NCBI GenBank assembly: GCA_043228905.1
Contig: JBHGNT010000013.1
Coordinates: forward strand, 9,734,001-9,798,000
Length of the DNA: 64,000 nucleotides
Reading direction: 5' to 3'
From: Azolla caroliniana
Lineage: Eukaryota > Plantae > Polypodiophyta
Below are positions 61,414 to 64,000 of the stretch, one piece after another. The notes under the pieces are model-generated. The model ran no database searches. It was not told the origin of the DNA and was given only the letters and a program-made list of their open reading frames with translations. The first letter of the stretch is position 1. Each line of letters starts with the position of its first letter. Made by a program: the position numbers and the translations under genes.

Positions 61414-62194
61414 GTGTGCGCACACAGAAGAAAAAAAGGAAGGAAGGGGAAATAGGGCAGACAGAAAGAGAGAGAATAACATCTCTCTCTCTCTCTCTCT
61501 CTCTGGTTTTTACGGAGCACACATTCGCAGATTTCCGCCATAGCCTGGCAGCACCTCCACATCCCCCACAACTTTTCTCCAAATTCTTATCCGTTCTCTG
61601 CATTTCCTGATTCTTACTTGCTGTCATCTGTTTGTCTGCCCATTGATCCTTCGTTTCGGATATCATCAACAAAAGCAGCAGAAATTTGACGACGTTTCTT
61701 CATAATTGCTACGTCGTCAGCAAATAAGAATTTTTGCATCTTTCTTACTCGCGCTCCTTTGCAAGGTAAGGTAAGATTTATGTGCTCTCCTGTCCTTTCG
61801 TCTTGTATGCACGATCGTGTTCTTTTACGTCTTCTTTCCGTCTTATTTTTCATCCTTTGATCGATCTTGTCACGGCGTTTCTGAAATGATAATACATCTA
61901 TCTTTGACGCCTGATCTGTGGACTCTGGTCGTTTTCTATTGCCGCTCAAACTAGCTGCGAAAAAGTTTCTGTTTTAGAAACAAAACTTCGTATTGGATTG
62001 ATGAAAACAGATGTCTGGTTATGACGCATTTGAAACTTGCAGATCTTTAAGGTGTGATATATATAATTTGACGTAAAACTACTGTATGCACTTGGCGGCT
62101 GGAGTATTGGTTTTGTTGTCAGTTTTCCTTTCAGAGGAGAGAGAGGGAGGCCATTCTAACACAGGTGGTTTGGTTTTCATGGATTTAGGTCTTA

Positions 62195-64000
62195 ATGGAA
62201 GACATGGGGGAAGATTGGGATAATTGCTGTCCGTTGTGCATGGAAGAGATGGATTCAACAGACCGGCAACTCAAACCTTGTCGGTGTGGTTATGAGGTAA
62301 AAATTTGGCAGTTTTTCCTTAAACCTTCTTCCTAGTTACTTCCCATTGCTAACGATCTTTCTGTTCTAGTTTCAACTGCTTTGTATTGTGATGTATTGTA
62401 TCAAGAACATACGAAGGAATTCATGTTTTACTATTATATTTTCTCTATCCTTTTATATTCTTATGCATTATGTTTTCATTATGTTTTACAAAACACTTCC
62501 ATTCATTAAAGCCTATAAACTATTTACTACTCTTAGCAAACACAATTCGGAGGATACAAAGTTTAGATGTAATGTTCTTTTCATGTTTCTGTGAATGCAA
62601 TGGTTATAGTCTTGATTCATACTGAAGTATAGGGACCATGAACCCACTATCCACAAGCATCTAAATTACTTCTCCCTAACAGATTTGTGTGTGGTGCTGG
62701 AATCATATAATGGAAATGGCGGAGAAGGACAATACTGAAGGGCGATGTCCTGCATGTAGGAAGGCTTACAATCGAGAAAAAATAGTGGCTACAGCATCCA
62801 AGTATGTCTAATACAAATAAGCACCATTTAAGTGAGGTTTCAGAGGAATTAATAAGTCAATCCTGTACTGATCTATTAAACAGATTATGCTGTTCTGTTC
62901 ATACATTTGAATATATTACATCTCACACATAAGTATCTTTCGCATGAACATCCATCAACTTTTTTTTTTTCCTTTGTGATCATAAATGTGTATAATGCAA
63001 GAGTCATAGACATTGTCTTCATCTTCCATGGCTTCTATTTCTCACTTTTGCCTGCATGAGCGACTTGAAATCTTCCCAGTTTAGGACATGCTCTGGAAAG
63101 ATTTTGAACTTTTAATTTGTTTGGAGTTTTTTTGGCCATTTATACTTCTCCGGGGGAAAAAATACTAGCAATATTTGGCATTCTACATCTTGACCTTGGA
63201 TGCTTTGAATCAGGCCGGTAGACATTAATGAGCGAAAACAAAAGTCTGGCAAATCCAAATTAAAATCAGCAGAAGGAAGGAAGAATTTAAGTAATGTCCG
63301 TGTTATCCAGAGAAAGCTTGTTTATGTTGTTGGGATACCAACACCATTTGCGGATGAGGAGGTTTGAAATGCTTTACATTCTGCTGTTAATGCCGTTACT
63401 TTTGATGATTTTTCTATGGTTGATATTCATGTGCATGTCAGACATTGGAGCGTAAAGAGTATTTTGGCCAATATGGAAAAATCCTTAAAATATCCATAGC
63501 AAAGCTGAGTGGAAGCAGTTCTCAGCACTCTTCGTCATCTACAAGTTCTAGTATTGGCGTGTGAGTTTTTCTGTTATCAATGTTGTAGAATGTTTCATGA
63601 TAATTGCAGTAATAGACTATGGTTATATTAACCTCCAAAATATGTAAATATGTAATGTATGTAGATATGTAACATATATGAAAGAGGAAGATGCTCTCCG
63701 GTGTATCGAAGCTGTGAATGGCTGTATTTTGGAAGGAAAGGTCCTAAAGTAAGTCTTATTTTGGATGGTTAGGAAAAGGGGATTGGAGGATTATGTTCTT
63801 TTTGAATCACTAATCGTACTGATTGTTTCTAGGGCTTGTTTTGGAACCACAAAATACTGCAATAGCTGGCTTAAGCACATGGTTTGCTTCTTTACCTTGT
63901 GAAAGTGCTGTATTACCATATTCTCTGGGTTAGACATTTGGTTTGCTGACTGTTTTTTTCTGCAGCCTTGCAGTAATCCAGAATGCTTATATTTACATGA
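62195..64000 (+). CDS. NOT4: CCR4-NOT transcription complex subunit 4 (RING C4C4 E3 ligase, RRM, CCCH zinc finger), 5' part
   Basis: GT-AG exons with consistent phases: 62195-62296, 62683-62801, 63214-63361, 63442-63560, 63665-63748, 63833-63881 and 63966 to window end. Translation includes CPLCMEEMDSTDRQLKPCRCGYEICVWCWNHI...GRCPACR, LSNVRVIQRKLVYVVG, EYFGQYGKI, VYVTY, KACFGTTKYC and PCSNPECLYLH. A probable 5'UTR intron donor is gcaag|gtaagg at ~61765. Confidence 0.97.

Overview
Eukaryotic land-plant genomic DNA, most likely a seed-free plant such as a fern (inferred from the retrotransposon types). Two host genes point away from each other at the window edges: exon 1 of a p47/Shp1-type plant UBX gene (PUX3/4/5 class, minus strand, 5172-5593) and the first seven coding exons of a CCR4-NOT subunit NOT4 RING/RRM E3 ligase (plus strand, 62195 to the window end). 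The ~56 kb between them is mostly a nest of retroelements: a tRNA-Met-primed chromovirus-like Ty3/gypsy, two decayed Ty1/copia copies (a third lies inside the PUX intron), a copia-derived TRIM, a decayed L1 LINE, and seven insertions of one tRNA-Trp-primed Ty3/gypsy group (labelled A-G). The Trp-primed group is the most interesting system here. It has one gag-pol helper-type copy (E) with an apparent programmed -1 frameshift between protease and RT. It has several pol-less partners with different LTRs, one of which (B, very young) encodes an intact 1413-aa capsid plus repeat-tail protein. All six non-solo copies share a ~40-nt cis element before the 3' LTR. Readable target sites are 4-mers with a central CpG (six read directly, one reconstructed). 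All alignments and counts were done by eye and no database searches were run.
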